Shown in pieces: positions 53,901 through 60,028 of a stretch of 64,000 nucleotides of DNA. The translations under genes were made by a program, and so were the position numbers. Under the pieces are notes generated by a model, which did no database searches, was not told where the DNA came from, and saw only the letters and a program-made list of their open reading frames with translations. The stretch lies in assembly GCA_031414955.1 (NCBI GenBank), contig JANOQV010000137.1:1-64000 (forward strand), given 5' to 3'. Within the stretch, counting starts at the first letter, position 1. Every line of letters starts with the position of its first letter. The stretch is from Pedosphaera sp. (lineage in GTDB: Bacteria > Verrucomicrobiota > Verrucomicrobiia > Limisphaerales > SIBH01).

Positions 53901-53921
53901 TACCGATCCGCGCAACCTTAG
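38982..53921 (+). CDS. Giant (4979 aa) secreted repetitive surface protein: six beta-helix modules, two DUF11-like domains, Calx-beta, 16 TolB-like propeller blades, Ig, cadherin-like domain, C-terminal FYR domain
   Basis: Signal peptide; six x(VT)TNDSGxGSLRxAI...ATATDPxGNTSEFS modules filled with GNxISGN/GNxIG repeats; DLALAM...YTITITNNGP; TVDFATSNLTATAGSDF; SADGRYVAFxS repeats; ends FTDPSPPTNSAFYRSAQP. Confidence 0.9.
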   Translation: MTIRFGFGFCALAACLSANAATFTVTVTNDSGIGSLRQAILDANGSVGADLIDFNIATATLISPASALPIIADPVTIDGATQPGFAGVPLIEIQGLSAGAAVDGLRISAGSCTIRSLIINRFPGDGIELMTNGNNLIEGCYIGTGAFGTNDLGNTLSGIFATNSAFNVIGGTNATNRNIISGNNQQGVHIGGINSFGNQVLGNIIGLAVNGSNNVPNSQNGVLVFNARSNLIGGTVAGSRNVISSNTVSGVRIENPGAWANQILGNYIGLEITGTTNRGNGANGVHLINAPSNFVGNATSDGRNVISGNSTAGIRIETATTNVVQGNYIGTDATGLLDRGNVQDGIILINATNAVIGGVSAGEANLISGNNDDGIELNGAGSAFVRVHGNLIGSDVTGTNALGNSGHGVQFASNARTNTIGGIGAGEGNTISFNALDGVFVGSGTNNTIRGNSIYSNTNSLGIDVAANGVTGNDTGDADTGANETQNFPVLLSATNTPTETTVIGTLNSRASTSFELDFYSSVAADATGSGEGQVYLGSTNVTTDGGGNGGFTAVLPVTTLTGRFISATATDPFGNTSEFSTNVAAVSTVAGVTYLVTTTNDTGAGSLRDAIGLANTNLSANDVIAFNIGTATLISPVSALPIISDSVTIDGATQPGFAGVPLIEINGASAGAAADGLRISAGGCTIRSLIINRFLGDGIELMTNGNNLIEGCYLGTDATGTNDLGNTLSGVFATNSAFNVIGGTNGTNRNVISGNNQQGVHLGGTNSFGNQVLGNFIGLGAVGSNAVANSQNGVLVFNARSNIIGGTISGARNFISGNTSDGIELTSATNNTILGNYLGTDVSGTLDLGNGADGVQVNTSSRGNVIGGTATGAGNLISGNNSDGIELATGATTNQILGNIIGANLTGTNALANTAHGVNLSTTNNTIGGVTAGAGNTLAFNGGDGVFVPSGSNNVIRGNSHFSNTGLGLDLGTDGVTVNDTGDADATANLLQNFPVLASATNTGIDTTIIGTLNSRASAAFDLDFYASVAADATGVGEGQVYLGSTNVVTDGSGNVSFTAVLPVATLIGRFITATVTDPFGNTSEFSTNVAALSLVSGTTYIVTTTNDSGTGSLREAIGLANTNLSANDTITFSIPGAGVQVIRPLTALPVVIDRVTIDGTTQPGASCATTATNFDGTILIRIDGTGLPAGSDGLRFSASGNTVRGLQIVGYSGDGLEFTNGVGSVVECSLIGITHTNTALANGNGIHFNTSGGNRVGGTNASQRNVISGNTTSGIRIAGASSSFNEILGNFIGLQLSGATNRANGADGILISTSHSNTIGGTISGSRNYISGNTGDGMEINTSTNNTVLGNYLGTDVSGTLDLGNTIAGVLLNGSSSFNLIGGDTAAARNLISGNNGGGVQINSAPSTLNQVLGNWIGVNATGTNALPNTGHGVEITAGRGNVIGGTNSGAGNVIAFNTLDGVNNPTATHTNNVIRGNSIYSNGDLGIDLAVAGVTGNDTGDADAGANFSQNFPVLTAVTNSGAGTEIWGTLNSAAGTTFSLDFYSSVAADPTGLGEGQFYLGSTNVTTDGGGNMSFVVTLPVLTLTGRFISATATDPFGNTSEFSTNSVAVSTVVGATYIVTTTNDSGAGSLREAIQLANANISALDTITFSIPGAGVQVIQPATALPLVSDPVTFDGTTQPGASGPTSPTNFDGTILIRLVGTGLPAGTDGLRFTLGGNTVRGLQIVGFAGANSDGLEFTNGVGNVIECNLIGITDTNTALANNVGVHFNTSGGNRVGGTNAAQRNVISGNSTSGLRITGASSSFNEVLGNFIGLQLSGATNRPNGNDGILITGSHSNVIGGTIAGSRNYISGNNSQGLEISGSSTNNAVLGNYVGTDVSGTLDLGNTADGILISAASFNRIGGVGAGNLISGNNGDGVQISSTSVGNELFGNIIGADVTGLGGRANNGSGVNIAAGSTNTVGGVAAGAGNLIAFNGADGVVVSGATTTNNAVRGNSIFSNGTTTAELGIELSGSNGVNANDAGDTDTGANRLQNFPLLSTATNSLSGTEIWGALNSTASTTFDLDFYSNVACDTAGHGEGQVYLGSGTASTDGGGNVSFTITVPTVTLVGRYLTATATDPFKNTSEFSPCLAVVSTIAGATYTVVNTNDAGSGSLRDAITQANTNISALDTIEFSIASAGVKVIRPLTALPTIIDAVTIDGTTQPGASCPASSTVFDGTVLIRLDGTGLPASTDGLRFTIGDNTVRGLQIVNFSGDGIELAGGNGSVIECNLIGISEAGADLGNANGIHLSASGGNRIGGTNAAAKNVISGNSTGARAASSVSSFNQVLGNIIGLNLTGSAIVANSDGVFLSTSHSNTVGGAVASARNVISGNAVGVQISSSSTNNLIQGNYIGTDVTGTLDLGQTGDGVNISASALNTVGGAGAGEGNVISGNGSDGVEIATSGSVTNRVLGNRIGTDLTGALALGNNVNGVLISANVRDSIIGAVGAGNLIAFNGGDGVAIANNTATTNHAIRANLIYSNGDLAIDLGANGVTSNDANDTDTGVNGLQNFPVLTAATNTTNGVTIEGTLNSRPSTSYEIDFFSTTLPDASGHGEAQQYLGSTTAVTDGSGNVSFSAAFGTVLTNRYVTASATDPLGNSSELALCLAAASTIASSNFVVITNADSGAGSLREAILLANSWISESNDTISFNISGAGPRTISPTSALPIISDGVTIDGLTQPGASANTLSNGHDAVLLIRLIGSSAGAGVDGLSVQASGTVIRGLMIGGWGGDGVEISRGSGSTVAGCHIGLEVDGTTLAANASAGVRITSTLTGGNTVGGTTVGARNLISGNAYGVLVSSSPLNTMAGNCIGTDAGGTLDRGNSVNGIYLLNSSSNVIGGTVGFSGNLISGNGDGSINDHGIDIDNGGFNRIEGNRIGTTASGTAALPNTGAGINFDGTAGTNTIGGSSAAARNLISGNFARGIDLISSSARGNVIQGNYVGTDLTGTTAIPNFNGGVEVTALDTTIGGSGAGEGNLLSGNSGNGLSIGCCSGNNTVVRGNKIGTDVTGTLALPNSAEGIYVFSDVNTLGGTNAGEGNLIAFNTGGGIAVYSGADRTAILGNSIHSNTGLGIDLNDNGVTLNDAGDPDTGANNLQNYPALSRAAIGPVDTQVAGTLNSRSNSSYRLEFFLNTAADSSGYGEGQTFLVATNVTTDASGNAPIDVTFAGLLTTNSFITATATDTNNNTSEFSASRRLVVFDTVDLALAMTESADPAAIVSNVTYTITITNNGPTNATGVFVTNTLPAGVAVLSSTPSQGTCSSNNGMVVCNLGTINDQAGASVMLVLAPLATGFITNSALVVSTEVDNDPTNNTATQSTFVGVADLQITRALSTNAPVAGQPLSYLVGVSNQGPDTVSSATLYYNVDSFNTVVVGGSISQGSFSQLSGSFTASFGAVAAGATATLTINVLPIEAVTIFDNGSITLPEYDAFTGNGRSFTNGSVTVLGGTGVVEFAESQYFVNESGGSVLLTVQRLGGSAGTVTVDFATSNLTATAGSDFTATNATLTFTNGETVKIIAVSITEDFTPECNEDFAAWLSNPTGGAVILRNTNTLVTLFDNDFTLTGDLAVASRAGTNVITTAIWDDSYQPSISADGRYVAFYSGAINLTTNFTDYNNNVFVRDLQAGTTVLASVNAGGTDGGNDGTGFPQISGDGRTVVFESYASDMVAGDTNGVRDVFARVLTNSTPVLVSVSTNGGPANDQSWLDLAYGSFGLHAVSTNGRIVLFRSPATDLTPGVTNGLGLSHIYARDLASNQTSLVSIDLAGTGEASHSSATPTLSEDGVMAAFTSSATNVVALADLNGTGDVFLRNLTNDTTVLVSVNTGGTAAGNSSSGDYIVVSGDGRYVVFESTASDLTTNGYPGFVQNIFWRDTVAGVTRLVSVSTNGVDSGNDSGWPAAVSRDGRYVLFTSRADDLVAGDNNFDYDVFLRDMTTDTTTLVSVNLAATGPGDDYSEGVSMSADGRHLVFYSYSTNLTAGTVQGYQEVYVRDRVAGTTTLISRRSGTADGPDDYSYAPVISSDADVVAYYSYSTDIAPPDFNYSYDVFAFDLSIGTNELVSVGTGTTGNDYSYDQTINTNGTLVAFTSYAWNLVGGDLNFGDRDVFLYNVTNGTTALISVNTNGLAGNDGSAAPQLSASGRYVAFSSRASDLVSGDTNFSGDIFRRDTVAGITVLVSVNQTGSGSGNSVSEDPRLTPDGRYVAFESYASNLATNLTGGYYNIFLRDLSNSAPELISVGAGGAAPNGDSADESLSDDGRFVAFESYANNLGPADSGAVLDVYVRDRLTGTNILCSVNTNGTGGGDGESFDVILSANGRFIVFESTAGNLVTGDTNGTTDIFAYDTTLGTLQLVSVTAGGRTGNGASFLQYNRLNSSMTPDGRYVAFQSTASDLVGNDGNGAGQDIFVRDLVAGTTALVSVNCSATGSGDGDSYDPTLSADGRFVAFESYSGNLVAGEFIPGEENIFRRDLFTGTTELVSRNRGLTGGGIWSSWSAIISADGSGITFASYAYDLVNQDLNDTDDVFVWSGLVIPTSNCPPVVASQPQNRSASSGDNTSFNVTVNSCGASFYQWYFNGTPLLGANAATLSLLGVDCSEAGGYSVVLSNLYGAATSSVATLTITNNAPALLSPGGVLAAAAQMECTSLILAGGAAYYWNLTNATGTAGIGWDLVGVPGGVDVQATSSNQFTLHLISLHGGAGGPAANFDYNVTSTWNIVTSTAPVTNFSAAAFAVNTTLFSNDLAGGVFGVEEGSIRLRFDPNHAPLAGTMITTRHRNASLKINIASLLTNTTDPDGDVRTLLSVGATSTNGVPITFNATNILYPNATNNVADRISYTVRDVRAAYRAGDTVRTATGFIDISIAEPAGTNFNIVSITITSGIPTIVFAGIPGYAYDVQRTTNLVPPVAWSSLWTTNAPTNGLFQFTDPSPPTNSAFYRSAQP

Positions 53922-54178
53922 CGGGCGCACTGGGCGTAATGAGACGATTCAACTCGTTCCCCTGCCAACCAGCCAACCGGCAACGGCCAGGTTGAAACAG
54001 TCAGTGATTGCTGCTGGGTAAAGCCTGGGAGGCTGGGGCCAAATCCGCGCGCCAGCCCTGGTGCCGCTGGTTTGGGCCCAAGGCCCATGAGCGCGGCCCA
54101 AAACCAAATGAAGAACTTCGATTGTAATGATTGGTGAAACCAGCGTAGCTGGTGCCGAACAATCATCAGGAGATCAAT

Positions 54179-54274
54179 ATGGCCAAAGGAAATAGAAGTC
54201 AGAAAAAAGAAGTTAAAAAGCCAAAGAAAGAGAAGCCAAAGGCGGCGCCAGCGACCTCCCGCAGGAGTTCCTGA
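54179..54274 (+). CDS. Small lysine-rich protein (31 aa), below the ORF-track cutoff
   Basis: AGGAG SD 6 nt before the ATG; MAKGNRSQKKEVKKPKKEKPKAAPATSRRSS. Confidence 0.65.
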   Translation: MAKGNRSQKKEVKKPKKEKPKAAPATSRRSS

Positions 54275-54748
54275 GGCTGCAATAAGCCTCTGACCTGGGG
54301 GGAGCAACCTTCCTGTTCGCGCCAATCGTCGTCTTGCCGGCGGAACCCCGGTGAGTTCCTGATGCACCAGAAGCTGGCTTCAATCGGCGAGGGAAATTTT
54401 CGGCGGAACACCTCCACTTAGCCCGAACTCCGAGGCAGGAATGACGGGCCGGCTACGGGCGTTCCGCAACCCTCATCGGTGCGCGGGTTTTCAACCCGCA
54501 GCAGGTCGCTTACGCCGAAGTTCGAAACAGTTCCTGCGACTTCCGTTCCGGCCAGGAGTTGGCCGGAGAATTCGCGGGCGGCGGGGCGTGAGCACAGCGA
54601 AGGCGTGGCCAAGTCAACTCCGTCGGACCTTCCGCGTCGTTCGCGCCGTGACGGTTTGAACGGGCGTTCGTCGGCTGCTTCATTCCGGATCACACCTTCG
54701 GCGATTGCCGGGGGGTGTTTTGGACTTTGAACTTTCGCTGGCTTCCGC

Positions 54749-55645
54749 TTGCATCGCGCCTTGGATCGAACTCTCGCCATCTTGTTCCCGCTCTCGGCCG
54801 CGCTGATTTACGTGGTGGGTGCGCTCCTGGTGAAACGCTCGGGCGATTTCGGCGTGGGAGTGTGGCGCACCGCCTTCCTCTCCAACCTGATTTCGGCGCT
54901 CATCTTTCAACTGCTGCTTCCGCTGGGCGGCACCTTCCATCCCGACCTGCTCTGGCAGCCGGCGCTGGTCGGCGTGCTCTTCCTGCTCGGACAGTTGTTT
55001 AACTTCCTCGCGCTCCAGCGTGGTGATGTGTCCGTGGCCACGCCGGTGCTGGGCGTAAAGATTATTCTCGTGGCGCTGTTCACCACCTTGCTGCTCACGC
55101 AAGGCGTCCCGGCGAAACTGTGGGTGGCGGCCACGCTCAGCTCGCTGGCCATCGCGCTGCTCCATCGCACCGGCGGGGCGAAACATCATCATGTGGGCAG
55201 CACCATTCTCTGCGCGGGCGCCTCCGGAACCATGTTCGCACTCTTCGACGTGCTGGTGCAGAAGTGGTCGCCAGCCTGGGGCGCGGGCCGTTTTCTGCCG
55301 GTCATGGTCGGCTTCGTGGCTCTGTACAGCGTGGTGTTGATCCCGTTTTTCCACGCGCCCCTCGCAGCCATCCCGCGCACGGCGTGGCGCTGGCTGCTGG
55401 GCGGCTGCGTGCTGATCGGATTTCAATCCATGATCTTCGTGATCACGGTTGCAAAATTTCGCAACGCCACTTCGGCCAACGTGCTCTACAGCTCGCGCGG
55501 ATTGTGGAGCGTGGTGGCGGTGTGGGCCGTCGGACACTGGTTCGCCAATCGCGAGCAGCATCTGGGCGCGGGCGTGCTGCGCTGGCGGCTGGCCGGGGCC
55601 GTGCTGATGATGGCGGCCATCGCTCTGGTCATGTTCGCCCGCTGA
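54749..55645 (+). CDS. DMT/EamA family transporter
   Basis: About 10 hydrophobic segments in two repeats; ALQRGDVSVATPVLG. Start uncertain. Confidence 0.8.
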   Translation: MHRALDRTLAILFPLSAALIYVVGALLVKRSGDFGVGVWRTAFLSNLISALIFQLLLPLGGTFHPDLLWQPALVGVLFLLGQLFNFLALQRGDVSVATPVLGVKIILVALFTTLLLTQGVPAKLWVAATLSSLAIALLHRTGGAKHHHVGSTILCAGASGTMFALFDVLVQKWSPAWGAGRFLPVMVGFVALYSVVLIPFFHAPLAAIPRTAWRWLLGGCVLIGFQSMIFVITVAKFRNATSANVLYSSRGLWSVVAVWAVGHWFANREQHLGAGVLRWRLAGAVLMMAAIALVMFAR

Positions 55646-56224
55646 AGAACGGTTCCTCCGTGGGAGTGAGAATGGCCCGTCCCCGTTCCGGCCGCATTGG
55701 ATCGGGATTGTTGCCGCAAGATTTGCCCGGGAAACAAAGCTCGTTCACTGGCTCCTGATCGCTCCTGGCCCAGTCACGGTCAGGGCCGATCACTCTGGCT
55801 CATATTAGGCAGCGTGTCTCTCTTGCGGCCGCAGTCCACGTCACGATTCGGCAACATCGTGCTCGAACTCACTTTGGCAACGACTCTGCTAATCAAGGTC
55901 CATGATGATAACGCACCCCTCGCGCCAACGAGATGCGTCCTGCCGCCGGCGCTCTCTTGCGCTGGCCGAAATCCATCAGCCACCGCCCCGAAAGCGCGCC
56001 GGGCAACCGCCCGGTGATTCACGCGAGTAGAACCTGAACTGGCGGCCCGCGCGGGCGGGCCGCCAGCCATTTTCATTCTCAAATGTCAGGACCAAAGCCG
56101 CGGTTTCGAAAATCCATCTCGATCGAGCGTATTTAGACTGCACCGCCACGATAGCCACGCGCGGTAGCAAATTCTCGGACAGGAATCTGGTCAGGCGGGA
56201 CCGAAATGGTAATTTCGCCGAGCC

Positions 56225-57670
56225 ATGAACTGCCAGCACATCAACTTCCAGATGAACCGGCGCGACTTCTTCAGTCGCTTCGCGCTCGGCATGGGCGGCA
56301 TGGCGCTCGGCAGTTTGCTGGCGCGTGATGGTTTCGCCGCCGCGCCGGTCAATCCGTTCAAGGGCATTCTCGATCAGCCGCACTTCGCGCCCAAAGCGAA
56401 ACGCATCATCTACCTCTTCATGAGCGGCGGCCCCTCGCAGCATGACCTCTTCGATTATAAGCCGTTGCTCAACCAGAAGAACGGCGAGGATCTTCCCGAC
56501 AGCATTCGCATGGGCCAGAGGCTCACCGGCATGTCGGGCAACCAGGCCCGGCTGCCGCTCGCCGGATCGCTTTTCAAGTTCGCCCAGCATGGGAAATCCG
56601 GCGCGTGGGTCAGCGAGTTGATGCCCGAGACGGCCAAGATGGTGGATGAACTGTGCTTCATCCGCTCGATGCACACCGAGCACATCAATCACGACCCGGC
56701 CATCACCTTCTTCCAGACCGGCCACCAGTTGCCTGGACGCCCGAGCATGGGCGCGTGGTTGAGTTACGGACTCGGCAGCGCAAATGAAAACCTGCCCGGC
56801 TTCGTCGTGCTCATCTCGAAGGACCGCATCGACCAGCCGCTCTATTCGCGGCTCTGGGGCAACGGCTTCCTCTCCAGCATTCACCAGGGCGTGCAGTTCC
56901 GGAACGGCCAGGATCCGGTGCTGTTCCTGAAAAACCCCGACGGCGTCTCCGCCGACAGCCGGCGCAAGATGCTCGACCGGCTGGCCGAATTGCACGCGCT
57001 TCAGTACGAAGACCTCGGCGATCCGGAGATCAATTCCCGCGTGGCCCAATACGAGATGGCCTATCGCATGCAGACCAGCGTGCCGGACGTGATGGACCTG
57101 TCGAAGGAAACGGAGGCGACGTTCGAGCTTTACGGCAAAGAGTCAAAGGAGCCGGGCACCTTCGCCGCGAACTGCCTGCTCGCGCGCCGCCTTGCCGAGC
57201 GCAACGTGCGCTTCATCCAGCTTTATCACCCCGGCTGGGATCATCACGGTGGCTTGCCCGCCGGCATCCGTCGTCAGGCCAAGGACGTGGATCGCGCCTG
57301 CCATGCGCTGATCACGGATTTGAAACAGCGCGGCCTGCTCGACGACACGCTGGTGGTGTGGGGCGGCGAATTCGGCCGCACGAATTATTCGCAGGGCAAG
57401 CTCACCGCCACCGACTACGGGCGCGATCATCATCCCCGCTGCTTCACCATCTGGATGTGCGGCGGCGGCGTGAAGCGCGGCGTCATCTACGGTGCGACCG
57501 ATGACTACGGCTACAACGTGACCGAGAACCCGGTGGACGTTCACGACCTGCACGCCACGCTCCTGCACCTGCTCGGCCTCGACCACGAGCGCCTGACCTA
57601 CAAATTCCAGGGCCGCTACTACCGGCTCACGGATGTGAGCGGGAAGGTGGTGAAGGATGTTCTCGCCTGA
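56225..57670 (+). CDS. DUF1501 domain protein (second family member)
   Basis: [62 protein letters not shown]. Confidence 0.92.
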   Translation: MNCQHINFQMNRRDFFSRFALGMGGMALGSLLARDGFAAAPVNPFKGILDQPHFAPKAKRIIYLFMSGGPSQHDLFDYKPLLNQKNGEDLPDSIRMGQRLTGMSGNQARLPLAGSLFKFAQHGKSGAWVSELMPETAKMVDELCFIRSMHTEHINHDPAITFFQTGHQLPGRPSMGAWLSYGLGSANENLPGFVVLISKDRIDQPLYSRLWGNGFLSSIHQGVQFRNGQDPVLFLKNPDGVSADSRRKMLDRLAELHALQYEDLGDPEINSRVAQYEMAYRMQTSVPDVMDLSKETEATFELYGKESKEPGTFAANCLLARRLAERNVRFIQLYHPGWDHHGGLPAGIRRQAKDVDRACHALITDLKQRGLLDDTLVVWGGEFGRTNYSQGKLTATDYGRDHHPRCFTIWMCGGGVKRGVIYGATDDYGYNVTENPVDVHDLHATLLHLLGLDHERLTYKFQGRYYRLTDVSGKVVKDVLA

Positions 57671-57701
57671 GCCTTGCTAAGGCGCGAAGCCTGACGCTCC
57701 G

Positions 57702-58364
57702 TTAAAACCCGTCGTCGTCTTCGCCTCGCACTCGGAGTTTGAATTTTTTTGTGGGTAACTCCATTCCCCCGTACAAAAGTTCCAGCAAACGCTCTACTTC
57801 CGCTTGCAAGCGTTGGCAGAGATCGTACGTCAGTCGCTCGAACGTTCGGATCTGAACAATGGAAAACCATTCCGTGGCGATGCCATAGCCAATCCCGTCG
57901 TTCGGCCGGCCACGAAAAAGCGGCGTGGTTCCAGGGGGATGAATTGTGATTTGCCGCTTTAGTGCATCGCTGTGGGCAAAGATTTTGTTCCTGGCGTCCA
58001 GTAGGTCTTCGTGAGCGGCTTGAAGCTTTGGATCGGAAAACTTTCCCCACTCTTTTTTGAGAACCCCAACGGTTTCGTTGTGCGTGAATGGTTTAGCGTA
58101 TGACACCGCGATTGCATGCAAGAGTGGAAAATAAAGCGGGTGGCGCATCTCGGTGTACTTGTCACGAGGGAGTTCGGGTGGAGGATTGTTGGTGATTGCC
58201 AACAAATGCCTGCACGCAGAGTACGCGTCATGGATATCCGATGAGGCGAGCGCTAGTTTGCGAAACTCGGTTTTCAAATCGCCCCGTGTGGGCGATCCCT
58301 TTGTGGTGAACTGCGCGCCTTCCTTCGGTCGGACCTTTGCTAGATATTCTGGTGACTTCGGCAT
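57702..58364 (-). CDS. HEPN-domain-like protein (putative RNase)
   Basis: All-helical pattern with AIAVSYAKPF and the HEPN-type motif RNKIFAHSD; lower GC; own promoter TTGCCC-N16-TAGCTT 6 nt before the ATG. Confidence 0.65.
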   Translation of the reverse strand: MPKSPEYLAKVRPKEGAQFTTKGSPTRGDLKTEFRKLALASSDIHDAYSACRHLLAITNNPPPELPRDKYTEMRHPLYFPLLHAIAVSYAKPFTHNETVGVLKKEWGKFSDPKLQAAHEDLLDARNKIFAHSDALKRQITIHPPGTTPLFRGRPNDGIGYGIATEWFSIVQIRTFERLTYDLCQRLQAEVERLLELLYGGMELPTKKFKLRVRGEDDDGF

Positions 58365-58441
58365 GGGCCAAAGCTACGCCTGTGCAGATTCTGGGCAATC
58401 GCGCTGTTCGGGTCTCGAACTCGCGGTTGCTGGTAGGGCGC

Positions 58442-58628
58442 ACCGGAACGAAGTCGGTCGGCGGTATGGGCATAATTTTTCGCGATGGCGGGCCTAGTCG
58501 CGCTTCCAAAATTTCCTGTCCCGCCGAGTCGGGGTGGCCAGCGTGGGAGGGCCGTTCCGGTCAATGAACGACCCGAGCGAACGGATGGGCGTGATGAATT
58601 CCGTCGGGCGCAAGTGGGTGAATCGGGC
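58442..58628 (+). repeat. Dispersed ~190-bp structured repeat, copy 1
   Basis: Core TTCCAAAATTTCCTGTCCCGCCGAGTCGGGGTGGCCAGCGTGGGAGGGCCGTTCC...GGGCGTGATGAATT is shared with four other copies. Confidence 0.9.
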
Positions 58629-58862
58629 ATTCGCATATTGAACGGAATGGAATGATTTGGAGTTCAGGCACGCCTCCACCAGCGGCGGATTGACGTCGCG
58701 TTGGACGAGTTGGAGGCTGCCGGGCGATGCGTCTGATCGGCCGCCAAAGCGGTTGCGAATGCTGGCCGGGCTGCACTTCAAGGATTGGTTCAAGGGATTG
58801 CATGTCTCGCCAGAGGCGATTCAGTTTTACGAGGGGGCTGAATGAGCAGCTTCCTTTACGAA

Positions 58863-59240
58863 TCAGGTCTTCGATCGGAGTCCCTCGTCATACGCGCGAC
58901 GCAGACTGTCGTCCCGATAACCGTGTGCGCGTTTCTTTCCTTGCTTGCGGAAATTCGCGTTTTGACCGGCTGCGTTAGATCCTTTTGCTGCACCCTTGGT
59001 GGGTGTTGGTGGAAAAACGATCCCGACCGGGTCTTTTCGTTTTCTTGGCACTGGACGTGGGCCATTGCAGTGATGGGTTCGCTTTTGTTCCTCGGCGAGA
59101 TACTGCCCGCATCCCCGTTGGCATTGGCTGGCCAGCTTTCCGCGAACCTTCAGGCTCGCCTTATACACGCGGATCGTCGTCGTCTGGTCGTTGCTGACGA
59201 TGTGGCCGTCATCACCTATGTCTTTCCACTTTGTTGGCAT
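58863..59240 (-). CDS. Hypothetical basic protein
   Basis: Open frame MPTKWKDIGDDG...RAYDEGLRSKT fills the space between repeat copies 1 and 2; lower GC; no recognisable motif. Confidence 0.35.
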   Translation of the reverse strand: MPTKWKDIGDDGHIVSNDQTTTIRVYKASLKVRGKLASQCQRGCGQYLAEEQKRTHHCNGPRPVPRKRKDPVGIVFPPTPTKGAAKGSNAAGQNANFRKQGKKRAHGYRDDSLRRAYDEGLRSKT

Positions 59241-59354
59241 AGCGGTTCCTGGCTCTCTGGGACACCCGTACCCTTTCAAAATCCATGAACCCTGTCACGC
59301 CCTTAAAACGCCTCACTTTGCTGCTCGGCGATGTGTTCTTCGTGAAGGGATCGT

Positions 59355-59577
59355 GAAGGGGTCGGTCAATGGCATTGGCATAATTTTTCACGAGGACGGT
59401 TCCGCTCAAGCCACTTGGCCTAAAGCAAGGAAGATTCGCAGACCCAGCCGTTCCAGAATTCCCTATCCCGCCGAGTCGGGATGGCCAGCGTGGGAGGGCC
59501 GTTCCAGTCAGGCCACGGCCCGGTCGAACGGGCGGGCGTGATGAATTTCGCCGGGCGCGCGCGGGCGAATCCGGCCG
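59355..59577 (+). repeat. Dispersed structured repeat, copy 2 (with a ~35-bp internal insertion)
   Basis: GGGGTCGGTCAATGGCATTGGCATAATTTTT ... TCCCGCCGAGTCGGGATGGCCAGCGTGGGAGGGCCGTTCCAGTC...GGGCGAATCCGGCC. Confidence 0.9.
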
Positions 59578-59589
59578 GGGAGCGGACGG

Positions 59590-59822
59590 ACCAACACCAA
59601 CGGTGTTGCATCGCTCAGCCCAGGGTTGCGAGGAACGAGCTACCCTGGGTCACGTCCCGAACCACATTCATCAACCCTGAAGGGGTTGCAGCATTCGGTT
59701 CGCGCATCCAGCGAGTTCGACTTGATGCAACCCATTCAGGGTTGAGAGAATTCTGCGGACGATTTCCCAGGGTAGCTCGTTCCTCGCAACCCTGGGCTAT
59801 GTGATGAAATCCCTTTGGGATA
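59590..59822. repeat. Large nested palindromic (REP/REPIN-like) element
   Basis: AGCCCAGGGTTGCGAGGAACGAGCTACCCTGGG with its perfect inverse CCCAGGGTAGCTCGTTCCTCGCAACCCTGGGCT, enclosing a second inverted pair TCAACCCTGAA / TTCAGGGTTGA. Confidence 0.85.
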
Positions 59823-59826
59823 GGAA

Positions 59827-60011
59827 GGAACGGGGCCGGCCGATGACATTGCATATTCTGTCGCGAGGACGGGTTTTGTCGCCCTTCCAAAATTTCCTGT
59901 CCCGCCGAGTCGGGATGGCCAGAGTGGGAGGGCCGTTCCAGTCAGTGAACGGCCCGGTCGAACGGGCGGGCGTGCTGAATTTCGTCGGGCGCGCGCGGGC
60001 GAATCTGGCCG
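59827..60011 (+). repeat. Dispersed structured repeat, copy 3
   Basis: Closest to consensus; contains the perfect hairpin GGGCCGTTC-cagtcagt-GAACGGCCC. Confidence 0.9.
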
Positions 60012-60028
60012 TCGGAAGCCCTGAACCG

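Noticed and set aside
55650..56220. Gene or ncRNA in the DMT-DUF1501 intergenic region
   Set aside because: Only short non-protein-like ORFs and isolated hairpins (e.g. CTGGCGGCCCGC/GCGGGCCGCCAG); no assignable feature.
58640..58860. Short ORFs or a frameshifted gene fragment after repeat 1
   Set aside because: Only short frames with no recognisable family; cannot be supported.
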